This document shows positions 22,813 through 31,495 of a stretch of DNA of 64,000 nt, piece by piece. Origin of the DNA: an uncultured Actinomycetes bacterium (GTDB taxonomy: Bacteria > Actinomycetota > Thermoleophilia > Solirubrobacterales > 70-9); NCBI GenBank assembly GCA_963699125.1, contig OY969417.1, positions 1,205,795 through 1,269,794 on the forward strand, read 5' to 3'. The notes under the pieces are model-generated. The model did no database searches. It saw only the letters and a program-made list of their open reading frames with translations, and was not told the DNA's origin. Numbering within the stretch: position 1 is the stretch's first letter; the number at the start of each line of letters is the position of its first letter. The translations under genes and the position numbers were made by a program.

Positions 22813-23186
22813 GCGACTCCCTGTCCCTCGGGCTCGCCGAAGAGGTGGGCCAGACCCTGCGCCACGAAGGAGATCGTGAAGAGAGCCAGGACCAGGACCG
22901 CAGCGGCAAGACCGGCCTGCCGTTCAGCGAGGCCGGCGAGGAGCACCGCGGTGGCCATCAGCCAGACGCGACCGAGCGAGGTCGCAGCGACAATGCCCAT
23001 CGCGCGCTGACGCTGGCCGGCGGCGAGCTCGGTGGCGACACGGCGGCCGGCGACCATCTGGATGCCGCGCTGAACGAGCCAGGCGGCGGCGCCGACGGCG
23101 TAGCCGAGCAGGGGCAGCCCGCCCAGCAGGAAAACTGCGAGAGCGGCGGCCAGCACGAGTAGGTCGACGTACTTGGGAGGGGACAT
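22809..23186 (-). CDS. small membrane protein in the AtpI/AtpZ position of the atp operon
   Basis: 125-aa ORF with about four hydrophobic helices. It is translationally coupled to atpB. Function is inferred from position only. Confidence 0.6.
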   Translation of the reverse strand: MSPPKYVDLLVLAAALAVFLLGGLPLLGYAVGAAAWLVQRGIQMVAGRRVATELAAGQRQRAMGIVAATSLGRVWLMATAVLLAGLAERQAGLAAAVLVLALFTISFVAQGLAHLFGEPEGQGVA

Positions 23187-23190
23187 TGAG

Positions 23191-23234
23191 CAGAAACAAC
23201 AGAAAAGACGTCCGGCTCGGGCCGAGCGGGCGGA
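23191..23234 (-). terminator. possible hairpin plus U-tract between wecA and the atp operon
   Basis: The minus strand reads TCCGCCCGCTCGGCCCGAGCCGGACG followed by TCTTTTCTGTTGTTTCTG, ending 5 nt before the atpI-position start. It could be a terminator or attenuator. Confidence 0.35.
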
Positions 23235-23297
23235 CTTGCGACTATATCCAAAAGGCCCCGGGAATGGCTTTGTGAAGCCACTTCGTGAGGGTTGCCA

Positions 23298-24566
23298 CTA
23301 CCCCGGAGGGGGTCCCAACGCCTCGAACTCCCCGGTCTCGGGATCGACCGCGGGAAACGTCCCAGTCTCCAGCTCCTGGGCGACCGCCCTGTCGACCTCC
23401 TGGCCGGCCGGGACCGGCCGGCCGGCCTCGCGACGGAGGCTGATCAGCTGGCGCAGCCGCAGCTGGCGCAGGGTCAGGATCTCGAGCACGGAGACGAGGT
23501 AGACGCTGGCGGCGAGCGCGAGCAGCCCGCAGGCCGCCATCACCGCGGTCCAGAGGGGATCGAAGTGGCCGTGGTCGTCGCTGTAGGGGACGAAGCGCAG
23601 CGCCAGGGCGAGCGCGGCCATCACCAGCGTCCAGCCGTAGAGGTAGAGCAGGGTGCGGCGCTGGGAGAAGCCGATGTTGGCCATGCGGTGGTGGAAGTGC
23701 CAGCGATCGGCCTTGTAGATCGGGCGGCGGTACTTGAGCCGCTTGGCGACGACGAAGCCGGTGTCGAGGATCGGCACGGCGAGGATGATCAGGGGCAGGA
23801 ACAAGGCAACCACTGCGTTCGTCTTCAGCGCCCCCTGCACCGCGACCACCCCCAGCAGATAGCCGAGCAGGTTCGAGCCGGTGTCGCCCATGAAGGTGCT
23901 GGCGGGCGGGAAGCCGTGACGCAGGAAGCCCAGCGAGGCCCCCGCGGTGAGTGCGGCGAGCACGCCGGCCGCGGTGCGGTCTAGCGAGAGCGCGATCACC
24001 GCCAGGGTCAAGGCCGAGATCACGCAGACACCGGCCGCCAGCCCGTCGACCCCGTCGATCAGGTTGATCACGTTGATCACCGCGACGATGCCGATCACGG
24101 TGACGACGTCGCCGAGGTGCACCACGCCCCCCCAGGGCAGCGTCAGCAGGTCGACGGAGCCGGGGTCGAGGCGGCCGAAGAAGGGGAAGGTGAAGTCTTC
24201 GACGGTGACGCCGGCGGAGACCGGGATGATCACCGCCGCCGCCTGGCCGAGCAGCTTCGGCGCCGGCCCCAGCTCGAAGACGTCGTCGAGGACGCCGACC
24301 AGCGAGATCGCCACGGCGCCGATCAGGATGGCGCGGCTCTCGGCGTCCCAGGGCAGCCAGATCAAGCCCGCGACGAGGACTCCGGCGAGAATCCCGAGGC
24401 CGCCGAGCTTCGGCATCGGCGCGGCGTGCAGGGAGCGCTCGTTCGGCTGGTCGATGGCGCCGACGCGGACGGCGAGCCGGGTCGTCAGCGGGACCAGGAG
24501 CAGCGCCAGTATCCCCGCGACAAGGAAGGCGAAAAGCGCGTCCAGCGAGTTCGGCGTCTGCTCCAT
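23298..24566 (-). CDS. wecA: undecaprenyl/decaprenyl-phosphate GlcNAc-1-phosphate transferase (MraY/WecA family)
   Basis: 422-aa polytopic protein with VLDDVFELGP, NLIDGVDGLAAG and FMGDTGSNLLGY motifs. It occupies the conserved position upstream of atp. Confidence 0.9.
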   Translation of the reverse strand: MEQTPNSLDALFAFLVAGILALLLVPLTTRLAVRVGAIDQPNERSLHAAPMPKLGGLGILAGVLVAGLIWLPWDAESRAILIGAVAISLVGVLDDVFELGPAPKLLGQAAAVIIPVSAGVTVEDFTFPFFGRLDPGSVDLLTLPWGGVVHLGDVVTVIGIVAVINVINLIDGVDGLAAGVCVISALTLAVIALSLDRTAAGVLAALTAGASLGFLRHGFPPASTFMGDTGSNLLGYLLGVVAVQGALKTNAVVALFLPLIILAVPILDTGFVVAKRLKYRRPIYKADRWHFHHRMANIGFSQRRTLLYLYGWTLVMAALALALRFVPYSDDHGHFDPLWTAVMAACGLLALAASVYLVSVLEILTLRQLRLRQLISLRREAGRPVPAGQEVDRAVAQELETGTFPAVDPETGEFEALGPPPG

Positions 24567-24624
24567 GCGGCTCCGGGCCCTGCGCGATCAGCCTAAGGGA
24601 CACACCGGAAGCCCACGGTGCGTT

Positions 24625-26484
24625 CTAGACCGCGTAGCGGTCAAACCAGAGCGTGAAGGCCATCAGCCCCCAGAGCTGCCGGCTCAGGTCCTCGCGCCCG
24701 GAGCAGTGCCTGTCCAGCAGCGGCGTCACGGTGGCGGGGTCGAAGCAGCCCTGCCGCTCCAGGGTCGCGGTCGAGAGCGCCTCGCGCGCGAACGGCTCCA
24801 GCGGTCCCCCCAGCCAGGCCGCCAGCGGGATCGAGAACCCCTGCTTGCGCCCGCGCACCACCTGCCGCGGCAGCAGCGGCGCCAGGGCCTGGCGCAGGAG
24901 GCGCTTCTTGGCGAAGCCGCGGACTTTGAGGGGCGTCGGCAGCGCTAGCGCGAACTCGGCGACCCGCTGGTCGAGGAAGGGGACGCGCAGCTCCAGCGAG
25001 TGGGCCATGCTCAGACGGTCCGTCTTCACCAGCAGGTCGTCGACCAGGTAGATGCCGAGGTCGACGTCCTGCATCCGCGCCAGCGGCTCGGCGTCGCTGG
25101 TTTCGGCGTAGCGCTCACGGTAGAGGTCGACGGGGTCCCAGCCTGGATCCCCGCCGCCGAGCAGGGCACCACGCCGCTGCGCCGAGAAGATCTCCTTCCA
25201 GGCGTGGTGGCGCTCTAGCGGGGGCAGGGCCGCGGCGCGGGCGAAGCGCTTCGCCTTGTAGTCGAAGCCGACCCTGGCGTCGGAGCTCGGCAGCGCCTCG
25301 ACCAGGGGCGAGGCGAGCGTCGCCAGACGGCCGACCCGCGGCGCCAGCAGGTCGGCGACGTAGGTGTAGTAGCCGCCGAAGAGCTCGTCGCCGCCCTCGC
25401 CCGAGAGCGCCACCTTCACCTCGCCCGAAGCCAGCTCGGAGACCAGGTAGGTCGGCAGCGCCGAGGAGTCGCCGAAGGGCTCGTCGAAGGACGAGACCAG
25501 CTTCGGCAGCAGCTCGACCGCGTCGGGGCGGAGGATCAGCTCGTGGTGGTCGGTGCCGAAGCGCTCCGCCACCAGCCGCGCTCGCGAGAGCTCGTCGAAA
25601 CCGCTCTCCTCGAAGCCGATCGAAAAGGTCCGCACCGCCTCTGTCGACTCGGCCGCCGCCAGCGCCGCGATTCCGCCCGAGTCGATGCCGCCGGAGAGCA
25701 GGACGCCGACCGGCACGTCGGCGACGAGGTGGGCGCGAACTGAGTCCCGCAACACCTCGCGCAGCTCCGCCGCCAGCTCGGCCGCGGGCTCCTTCCGCAC
25801 CCGCTCGGCGGCGACCGGAGCCGGGCGGGCGTAACGGCTCCGCTCGATCGCGCCGTCCCGCCAGGAGAGCAGGTGCCCGGGCGGCAGCTTGCGGGCCTCG
25901 GAGAAGATCGTCAGCGGCGCCGGGATCGAGTTGAAGGCCAGGTAGGCGGCGACGGCCTGGGGGTCGATCGAACGCGAGAAGCCGGGCAGCTCGAGCATCG
26001 CCTTCAGCTCCGAGGCGAAGGAGAGGCCCCGGTCGGAGAGGCGGTAGTAGAGCGGCTTGATCCCGAACCGATCGCGGGCCAGCAGCAGGCGCTCCTCCCT
26101 CGCGTCCCACAGCGCCACCGCGAACATCCCCCGCAGCCGCTCGACGAAGGCGTCGCCGTGCTCCTCGTAGAGGTGGACCAGGACCTCGGTGTCGCAGTCG
26201 GTCGCGAAACGGTGGCCCTGGCGCTCGAGCTCGCGCTTCAGCTCCCGGTAGTTGTAGATCTCGCCGTTCTGGACGACGACGACGCTGCCGTCCTCGTTGG
26301 CGATCGGCTGGTGGCCGTGGTCGAGGTCGATGATCGAGAGGCGGCGGGCGGCGAGGGCGACGGGGCCGCGGTGGAAAAGCCCATCGTCGTCCGGCCCGCG
26401 ATGAACAAGCCGTTTGCTCATCCTCGCCACCGCCTCGCGGTCAGGTGCCCCGCTTGAGCTGACGATGCCGCAAATGCCGCACAT
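24625..26484 (-). CDS. asnB: asparagine synthase (glutamine-hydrolysing) family amidotransferase
   Basis: MCGICGIV Ntn-Cys start at ATG 26484, then SGGIDSGGIAALAA PP-loop. The track ORF start 26748 reads through a repeat element. Confidence 0.9.
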   Translation of the reverse strand: MCGICGIVSSSGAPDREAVARMSKRLVHRGPDDDGLFHRGPVALAARRLSIIDLDHGHQPIANEDGSVVVVQNGEIYNYRELKRELERQGHRFATDCDTEVLVHLYEEHGDAFVERLRGMFAVALWDAREERLLLARDRFGIKPLYYRLSDRGLSFASELKAMLELPGFSRSIDPQAVAAYLAFNSIPAPLTIFSEARKLPPGHLLSWRDGAIERSRYARPAPVAAERVRKEPAAELAAELREVLRDSVRAHLVADVPVGVLLSGGIDSGGIAALAAAESTEAVRTFSIGFEESGFDELSRARLVAERFGTDHHELILRPDAVELLPKLVSSFDEPFGDSSALPTYLVSELASGEVKVALSGEGGDELFGGYYTYVADLLAPRVGRLATLASPLVEALPSSDARVGFDYKAKRFARAAALPPLERHHAWKEIFSAQRRGALLGGGDPGWDPVDLYRERYAETSDAEPLARMQDVDLGIYLVDDLLVKTDRLSMAHSLELRVPFLDQRVAEFALALPTPLKVRGFAKKRLLRQALAPLLPRQVVRGRKQGFSIPLAAWLGGPLEPFAREALSTATLERQGCFDPATVTPLLDRHCSGREDLSRQLWGLMAFTLWFDRYAV

Positions 26485-26513
26485 GGAGCGGGCAGTCTCG
26501 CAGGGGCGGTGGC

Positions 26514-26640
26514 GAGAGAGGATCGGGGCACCCCCTACCTTCGCTGGGCTATTCGCCTGATGAGCTGGGAAGCCGTCCGAGAACGAACTCCGGCGCGAAT
26601 AGCTAACGCCGCTCGTACGGGGGTGCCCCGATCCCTCTCC
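26514..26640. repeat. palindromic element, family A/B copy A
   Basis: The outer arms 26514-26535 and 26619-26640 pair over 21 bp with one bulge. The inner flanks TACCTTCGCTGGGCTATTCGCCTG and GCGAATAGCTAACGCCGCTCGTAC match copy B in reverse orientation. Confidence 0.9.
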
Positions 26641-26768
26641 CACAAGCCGCAGCGCCGATCCCGCCTGGCGCATGCGTCTGCAGTTACGCGTCCATAGCAA
26701 GCCCAAGCGCAGACGCGTGCCCTCCGAGCGAAGTCTCGTCAGCTTCAAGCTGCCCCCCGAACCGTTGC

Positions 26769-26888
26769 GGAGGGTGGGGCATCCTCCGTACGAGCGGCGT
26801 TAGCTATTCGCCCGAGCGCTCCCCCTAGGACTGCGTTGTTGTCTCCAGGCGAATAGCCCAGCGAAGGTAGGAGGATGCCCCACCCTCC
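26769..26888. repeat. palindromic element, family A/B copy B (opposite orientation to A)
   Basis: The arms GGAGGGTGGGGCATCCTCC 26769-26787 and 26870-26888 form a perfect 19-bp inverted repeat. The 24-nt inner flanks are identical to the reverse complement of copy A. Confidence 0.9.
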
Positions 26889-26910
26889 CAGCGGCCCGAG
26901 GTCAAGCGGA

Positions 26911-27495
26911 TTAGCCCGGCGCAGCCGGCCCGCGCCCCATCACCTTGGCAACCGTCGCAAGCAAGACGCTGAAGTAGAGGCCGACCGAGCGGTCGGCGAT
27001 GTACTCCATGTCGTGGGCGAGCTTGTTGGCCCACGACTCCTCCCGGGTGACCCGCGTCTGGGCGAAGCCGGTGACCCCGGGACGGACGACCAGCCGCTGC
27101 CAGTACTGCGGGATCTCCCGGCAGAGCTCGGCGAAGAAGGCGGGGCGGATCGGGCGCGGACCGACGATCGCCATATCGCCGCGGAGGACGTTCCAGAGCT
27201 GTGGGACCTCGTCGAGGTGGACGGTGCGGAGCAGGCCGCCGATCCGCGTCTCCTCGTCTTCGGTGCGGCGCGACAGCTCCTCGCCCAGGTAAGGCCCCAG
27301 CCGCTCCTCCGCGTCCGGCTTCAGGGTGCGGAACTTGTACATCCAGAACAGCTTCCCGGCCCGGCCGACCCGGGCGCCGCGGTAGAGCACCGGCCGACCG
27401 GAGTCGAGCGCGATCGCCGCCGCGGTCAACGCCAGCAGCGGCGAGAGAACCAGCAGCACCGAGGCAGAGATCAGGATGTCCAGCGTCCGCAGCAC
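26911..27495 (-). CDS. small (PglC-like) phosphoglycosyl / bacterial sugar transferase
   Basis: 194-aa ORF with GTG start and one N-terminal hydrophobic segment. Motifs: RPVLYRGARVGRAGKLFWMYKFRTL and DEVPQLWNVLRGDMAIVGPRP. Confidence 0.88.
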   Translation of the reverse strand: MLRTLDILISASVLLVLSPLLALTAAAIALDSGRPVLYRGARVGRAGKLFWMYKFRTLKPDAEERLGPYLGEELSRRTEDEETRIGGLLRTVHLDEVPQLWNVLRGDMAIVGPRPIRPAFFAELCREIPQYWQRLVVRPGVTGFAQTRVTREESWANKLAHDMEYIADRSVGLYFSVLLATVAKVMGRGPAAPG

Positions 27496-27575
27496 CCCGT
27501 CGACCGGACGGTGCTCGGCTTCGGCGGCGTGCCCGATCAGTTCGTCCAGGCTGGACTCGGCTCCCTCGAACTCCT

Positions 27576-28625
27576 CTAGGAAGGCGCTATGGGGTGGGGC
27601 TCGCCGCGCGATGGTGAGACGCCGACGGTACCGAGAATCGTCTTGACGAGAAGGGCGGGGTCGCGCCGGGTCGGAGTCGCCTCGGCGGTGCGCTTGCGCA
27701 GCTCCAGAGCGCGGGGATCGGTCAGCGGCCGCAGGCGACCGGAGCGGATCAGGGCTTCGTCGACTCCCCCTAGCCGCCCCCCGTAGGTGGTGTAGACCGG
27801 CGTCCCCAGGGCGGCCGCCTCGCGATTCATCGTGCCCCCCGCCGAGAGCACCAGATCGGCGAGCGCGACCAGGCTCTGGGCCTCGACCGCGCCCTCTGGG
27901 ACGATCAGCGAGGGCAGCTTCAGGCCGGTGATGAACTGGCGCTGCGCCTGGGTGCGCGGCAACACGACCGCGTGCACCTCGCTGTCGCGGCCGAGCCGGT
28001 CGAGGACCTTGGGGAAGAGCGGGTTGGACTTGCGGTGGTAGAGGGAGACGTCGGGCGGCGGCCTGACGATCACGACGACCCTCGAGCTGTCGACCGAGAG
28101 CCGCCGCAGCGCCTCCGGATCGGGCTCGAAGTCGAACAGGTAGTACTCCTCCTTGAGGCCGGGGTAGGGAAAGAGCTTCTCCGGCCCGACCCCGAACCGG
28201 CGCAGCCGCTCGGCCGGGACCGAGTCGGGGAACATCACCCGCCGGGCGAGGCGGCAGCCGATCCGGTGCTGGGTGACGGCGAACTCGTAGTCGTGCATGT
28301 TCGCCTCGGGAACGCCGAGCGCGCGGGCGGCGATCGCGAGGTCGTTGGAGCCGTGGGCGAGGGCGAGGTCGAAGGACCGGCCCCGGCCGAAGCCGAGCAT
28401 CCCGGCGGTCCGTGAGCCGAGCCGATAGGCCTTCTGCAAGCGCGAGGCGCCGCCGTGACGCCCAATCGGCGTGTGAGGGATGCCGTGCAGGTCGAGCAGG
28501 GACTGGGTCTGGGCGTAGTCGCGCGAGGTCACCTCGACCGAGTGCCCTTCCCCCTGCAGCCGCTCGATGATCGGGCGCAGCACCAGCACGTGTGCCGGCG
28601 CGCTCATGTCCACCCAGACGTCCAA
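27576..28625 (-). CDS. DUF354 family protein (glycosyltransferase-fold, function unknown)
   Basis: The N-terminus is DVWVDMSAPAHVLVLRPIIERLQGEGHSVEVTSRDYAQTQSLLDLHGIPH, as in DUF354 proteins I recall. The TTG start lies 4 nt after the glyA stop. Confidence 0.65.
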   Translation of the reverse strand: MDVWVDMSAPAHVLVLRPIIERLQGEGHSVEVTSRDYAQTQSLLDLHGIPHTPIGRHGGASRLQKAYRLGSRTAGMLGFGRGRSFDLALAHGSNDLAIAARALGVPEANMHDYEFAVTQHRIGCRLARRVMFPDSVPAERLRRFGVGPEKLFPYPGLKEEYYLFDFEPDPEALRRLSVDSSRVVVIVRPPPDVSLYHRKSNPLFPKVLDRLGRDSEVHAVVLPRTQAQRQFITGLKLPSLIVPEGAVEAQSLVALADLVLSAGGTMNREAAALGTPVYTTYGGRLGGVDEALIRSGRLRPLTDPRALELRKRTAEATPTRRDPALLVKTILGTVGVSPSRGEPHPIAPS

Positions 28626-28629
28626 GCGA

Positions 28630-29910
28630 TCAGACGGAGGCTGGAGTCAGCTGCGGGTAGAGCGGGTGGCGATCCATCAGGGCGCCGGTGCGGGCGGCGA
28701 GGGCCGCCTTGTCGGCCTCGAAGTCGGCGCCCAGCGCGGCGGCGATGACGGCGGCGATCTCGCCCATCTCCTCCTCGCCCATGCCGCGGGTGGTCAGCGC
28801 CGGGGTGCCGATCCGCAGGCCGGACGGGTTCATCGGCGGCCGCGGGTCGAACGGGATCGCGTTGCGGTTGACGGTGATCCCGACCTCCTCCAGCCGGTCC
28901 TCGGCGGTCTGGCCGTCGAGCCCGGTCGGGGTCAGGTCGACGAGCACGAGGTGGACGTCGGTGCCGCCGGTCAGAACCGGGATCCCGTTCGCTTCCAGGC
29001 CCGCGGCGAAGGCCTGGGCGTTGGCGATCGTCTGCCGCTGGCGGGCGCGGAAGGGCTCGCTCAAGGCGATCTGGAGGGCCACGGCCTTGGCGGCGATCGT
29101 GTGCATCAGCGGCCCGCCCTGCTGGCCCGGGAAGACCGCTTTGTCGATCGCTTTGGCGAGCTCCTCGCGGCAGAGGATCATGCCGCTGCGCGGGCCGCAG
29201 AGGGTCTTGTGGATGGTCGTGGTGACGACGTCGGCGTGCTCGACCGGGTTGGGGTGCTCGCCGGCGGCGACGAGGCCGGCGAAGTGGGCCATGTCGACCA
29301 TCAGCTTGGCCCCGACCGAGTCGGCGATCGCGCGGAAGGCGGCGAAGTCGAGCTGGCGGGAATAGGCGGACCAGCCGGCGACGATCAGGGCCGGCCGATG
29401 CTCCTCGGCGAGCCGCTCCACCTCCTCCATGTCGACCCGCAGGTCCTCGCGGTGGACGTGGTACGGCACCGGGTTGTAGAGCTTGCCGGAGACGTTCAGC
29501 TTCATCCCGTGGCTGAGATGGCCGCCGTGGTCGAGCGCCATCCCGAGGAACGTGTCGCCGGGCTCGAGCAGCGCCATGTAGGCCGCGTTGTTGGCCTGGG
29601 CGCCAGCATGGGATTGGACGTTGGCGTGCTCGGCGCCGAACAGCGACTTGGCGCGGTCGATCGCCAGCTGCTCGGCGACGTCGACCTCCTCGCAGCCACC
29701 GTAGTAACGCCGGCCCGGGTAGCCCTCGGCGTACTTGTTGGTCAGCACCGAGCCGACCGCGTCGAGCACCGCCTGCGGCACGAAGTTCTCCGAGGCGATC
29801 ATCTCCAGGGTCCGCTGCTGGCGCCGCAGCTCGCCGTCGAGAACGGCGGCGATCTCGGGATCGACTTCGGCCAGCGGGGCGGTCTGGAAGTTGTCTGGCA
29901 GCTCGCTCAC
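28630..29910 (-). CDS. glyA: serine hydroxymethyltransferase
   Basis: Motifs: LEMIASENF, the [12 protein letters not shown] region, and [16 protein letters not shown] (PLP-Lys). The start is set at GTG 29910 (VSELPDNFQ); upstream of this the ORF is read-through. Confidence 0.95.
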   Translation of the reverse strand: MSELPDNFQTAPLAEVDPEIAAVLDGELRRQQRTLEMIASENFVPQAVLDAVGSVLTNKYAEGYPGRRYYGGCEEVDVAEQLAIDRAKSLFGAEHANVQSHAGAQANNAAYMALLEPGDTFLGMALDHGGHLSHGMKLNVSGKLYNPVPYHVHREDLRVDMEEVERLAEEHRPALIVAGWSAYSRQLDFAAFRAIADSVGAKLMVDMAHFAGLVAAGEHPNPVEHADVVTTTIHKTLCGPRSGMILCREELAKAIDKAVFPGQQGGPLMHTIAAKAVALQIALSEPFRARQRQTIANAQAFAAGLEANGIPVLTGGTDVHLVLVDLTPTGLDGQTAEDRLEEVGITVNRNAIPFDPRPPMNPSGLRIGTPALTTRGMGEEEMGEIAAVIAAALGADFEADKAALAARTGALMDRHPLYPQLTPASV

Positions 29911-29952
29911 GGTCGGCCGACCATAGCAACGGGCCGGGATAGTCTGGGCCGG

Positions 29953-30708
29953 GTGAGAACGCGCCTCTCCGTCGCCGCGCTTGCCCTTTTCGCAGCGCTG
30001 TTCGCCACCGCCCCGGCCGGGGCGGCGAATCCCTGCGACGGTCCGGAAGCCGCGAGCCTGCTCTGTCCCAACCTGCGGATCGGCCCCCCGGCCGACCTCT
30101 ACCTCCAGGCCAGCGGCGGCCGCAGGCTGCTGCGGGCGACCAGCGACGTGCGCAGCCGCGGCCGCGGGGCGATCGAGCTGCGCGGTCGCCGCAGCGGCTG
30201 GCGCACGATGCGGACCAACCAGCGCATCTACCGCGCCGGCGGCGGTCACATCGAGGTGCGCAGCCGCGCCACCCTCCGCTTCACCGGCGTCGGCGCCTAC
30301 TTCGGCGGCTTCTACTGGAAGGTCCACCAGCTCGCCCGCTTCGAGCTGCGCCGTGTCCTCCCCGACGGCAGCCTGGGTCCGGTCGTGAGAACCAGTCCCA
30401 AGCTCAGCTACTGCCTGCGGGATCTCGAGCGCACGCGGCCTGGCCGCCGCTCCCCGTCTCACCGCCACTATCCGGGCTGCAACCAGAACCCCTACCGCGA
30501 CCGCGTAACCCTCGGAACCTCGGTCGGCTGGTCCGACATCTACCCCGCCAACTACGACAAGCAATTGATCAACGTCGCCGGCCTGCGCGGCTGCTTCAGC
30601 TTCCTGATGACCGTCGACCCCCAGCACCTGCTCTATGAGTCCAACGAGCACGACAACACCGCCGCCCGCCGCGTGCGCCTCCCCTTCCGCGGCAACTTCG
30701 GCTGCTGA
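29953..30708 (+). CDS. exported lysyl-oxidase-like (LOX catalytic domain-like) protein, divergent
   Basis: GTG 29953 opens a signal peptide ([24 protein letters not shown]). By eye, [30 protein letters not shown] and [22 protein letters not shown] align to the LOX motifs [28 protein letters not shown] and VNPSYLVPESDYTNN. Confidence 0.6.
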   Translation: MRTRLSVAALALFAALFATAPAGAANPCDGPEAASLLCPNLRIGPPADLYLQASGGRRLLRATSDVRSRGRGAIELRGRRSGWRTMRTNQRIYRAGGGHIEVRSRATLRFTGVGAYFGGFYWKVHQLARFELRRVLPDGSLGPVVRTSPKLSYCLRDLERTRPGRRSPSHRHYPGCNQNPYRDRVTLGTSVGWSDIYPANYDKQLINVAGLRGCFSFLMTVDPQHLLYESNEHDNTAARRVRLPFRGNFGC

Positions 30709-30716
30709 CCACCCAG

Positions 30717-30757
30717 CGTGGTTCCTTGGTTACTCATTGCGTCACAAAGGAACCACG
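30717..30757. repeat. CGTGGTTCC-family hairpin (copy 3)
   Basis: CGTGGTTCCTT pairs with AAGGAACCACG. The loop contains CTCATTGCGTC. Confidence 0.9.
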
Positions 30758-30786
30758 GAACGGAGCGCTCGCTCTCCCACCTGCCG

Positions 30787-30827
30787 CGTGGTTCCTTTGG
30801 CACCACTTGGGTGCCAAAGGAACCACG
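30787..30827. repeat. CGTGGTTCC-family hairpin (copy 4)
   Basis: CGTGGTTCCTTTGGCACC and GGTGCCAAAGGAACCACG form a perfect 18-bp stem with loop ACTTG. Confidence 0.9.
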
Positions 30828-30844
30828 CTCGGGGGAAGGAAGGG

Positions 30845-31495
30845 TTAGCTGAGGCCGACGGAGGCTAGGGCGCTCGTTAGGTCGCCGGGGGAGAGGGCGC
30901 CTTGGCGGAGGATCGCCCAGGAGCCGTCACCGTCGATCGCGGTGATGTCGACGACGGTCGACGGCAGGCCGGGAAGGGCGCCGCCGTCGATCGCCAGGTC
31001 GGCGGCGGCGAGGATCGGCTCTGGGACTTCGTCGAAGCTCGCGGGGGCAGGCTCGCCGCTGAGGTTGGCGGAGGTCTGGAAGACCGGGCACATGGCGCCA
31101 ACCAGGGGGCCGTCGATGAGGCGTACGCCCAGTCGCCCGCGGTCCTCGCGACAGGCAAGCGGGTAGCGATGGTGCGGGTTGGCGACGACCAGCGTGACCG
31201 GTCCCGGCAGCAGGGCGCTGACGGCAGCGCGGGTTCGCGGGCCAAGGCCTTCGACCAGCTCCCGCATCGCCAGCGGCGAGAAGTACATGACCGCCGATGA
31301 CTTGCCCTCGTCGCGGCCCTTGAGCCGCTGAACCCGCTCGATCGCCGTCGCGTCGAGCGGGTCGCAGGCGAGGCCGTAGAGCCCGTCGGCGGGGAAAACC
31401 GCCACCTCGCCCGCGGCGATGCAGCGCTCCAGCGCCACGCGCACGGCGGCGGCGCCGTCGGTCTCGACGGAGAGGATCTCGCGCCCGCCGCTCAC
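30845..31495 (-). CDS. tsaC: L-threonylcarbamoyladenylate synthase (TsaC/YwlC/Sua5 family)
   Basis: 216-aa ORF with FPADGLYGLACDP...IERVQRLKGRDEGKSSAVM and FQTSANLSGEP. Confidence 0.88.
   Translation of the reverse strand: MSGGREILSVETDGAAAVRVALERCIAAGEVAVFPADGLYGLACDPLDATAIERVQRLKGRDEGKSSAVMYFSPLAMRELVEGLGPRTRAAVSALLPGPVTLVVANPHHRYPLACREDRGRLGVRLIDGPLVGAMCPVFQTSANLSGEPAPASFDEVPEPILAAADLAIDGGALPGLPSTVVDITAIDGDGSWAILRQGALSPGDLTSALASVGLS

Noticed and set aside
26485-26748. 88-codon N-terminal extension of the asnB ORF
   Set aside because: Glutamine amidotransferase class II enzymes need Cys directly after the initiator Met (MCGICG at 26484). The extension runs through repeat element A.
28567-29952. 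First two thirds of the 713-aa plus-strand ORF 28567..30708
   Set aside because: This part is antisense to glyA and has low-complexity composition. Only the last 251 codons (from GTG 29953, with a signal peptide and LOX-like motifs) look like a real gene.
29911-29952. Riboswitch upstream of glyA (ZTP/THF type), and a cobalamin riboswitch upstream of the mutase genes (49595-49743)
   Set aside because: The glyA leader is at most 42 nt, too short for such aptamers. The mutase upstream spacer is accounted for by the repeat-family hairpin and shows no B12-box-like sequence that I can recognise.
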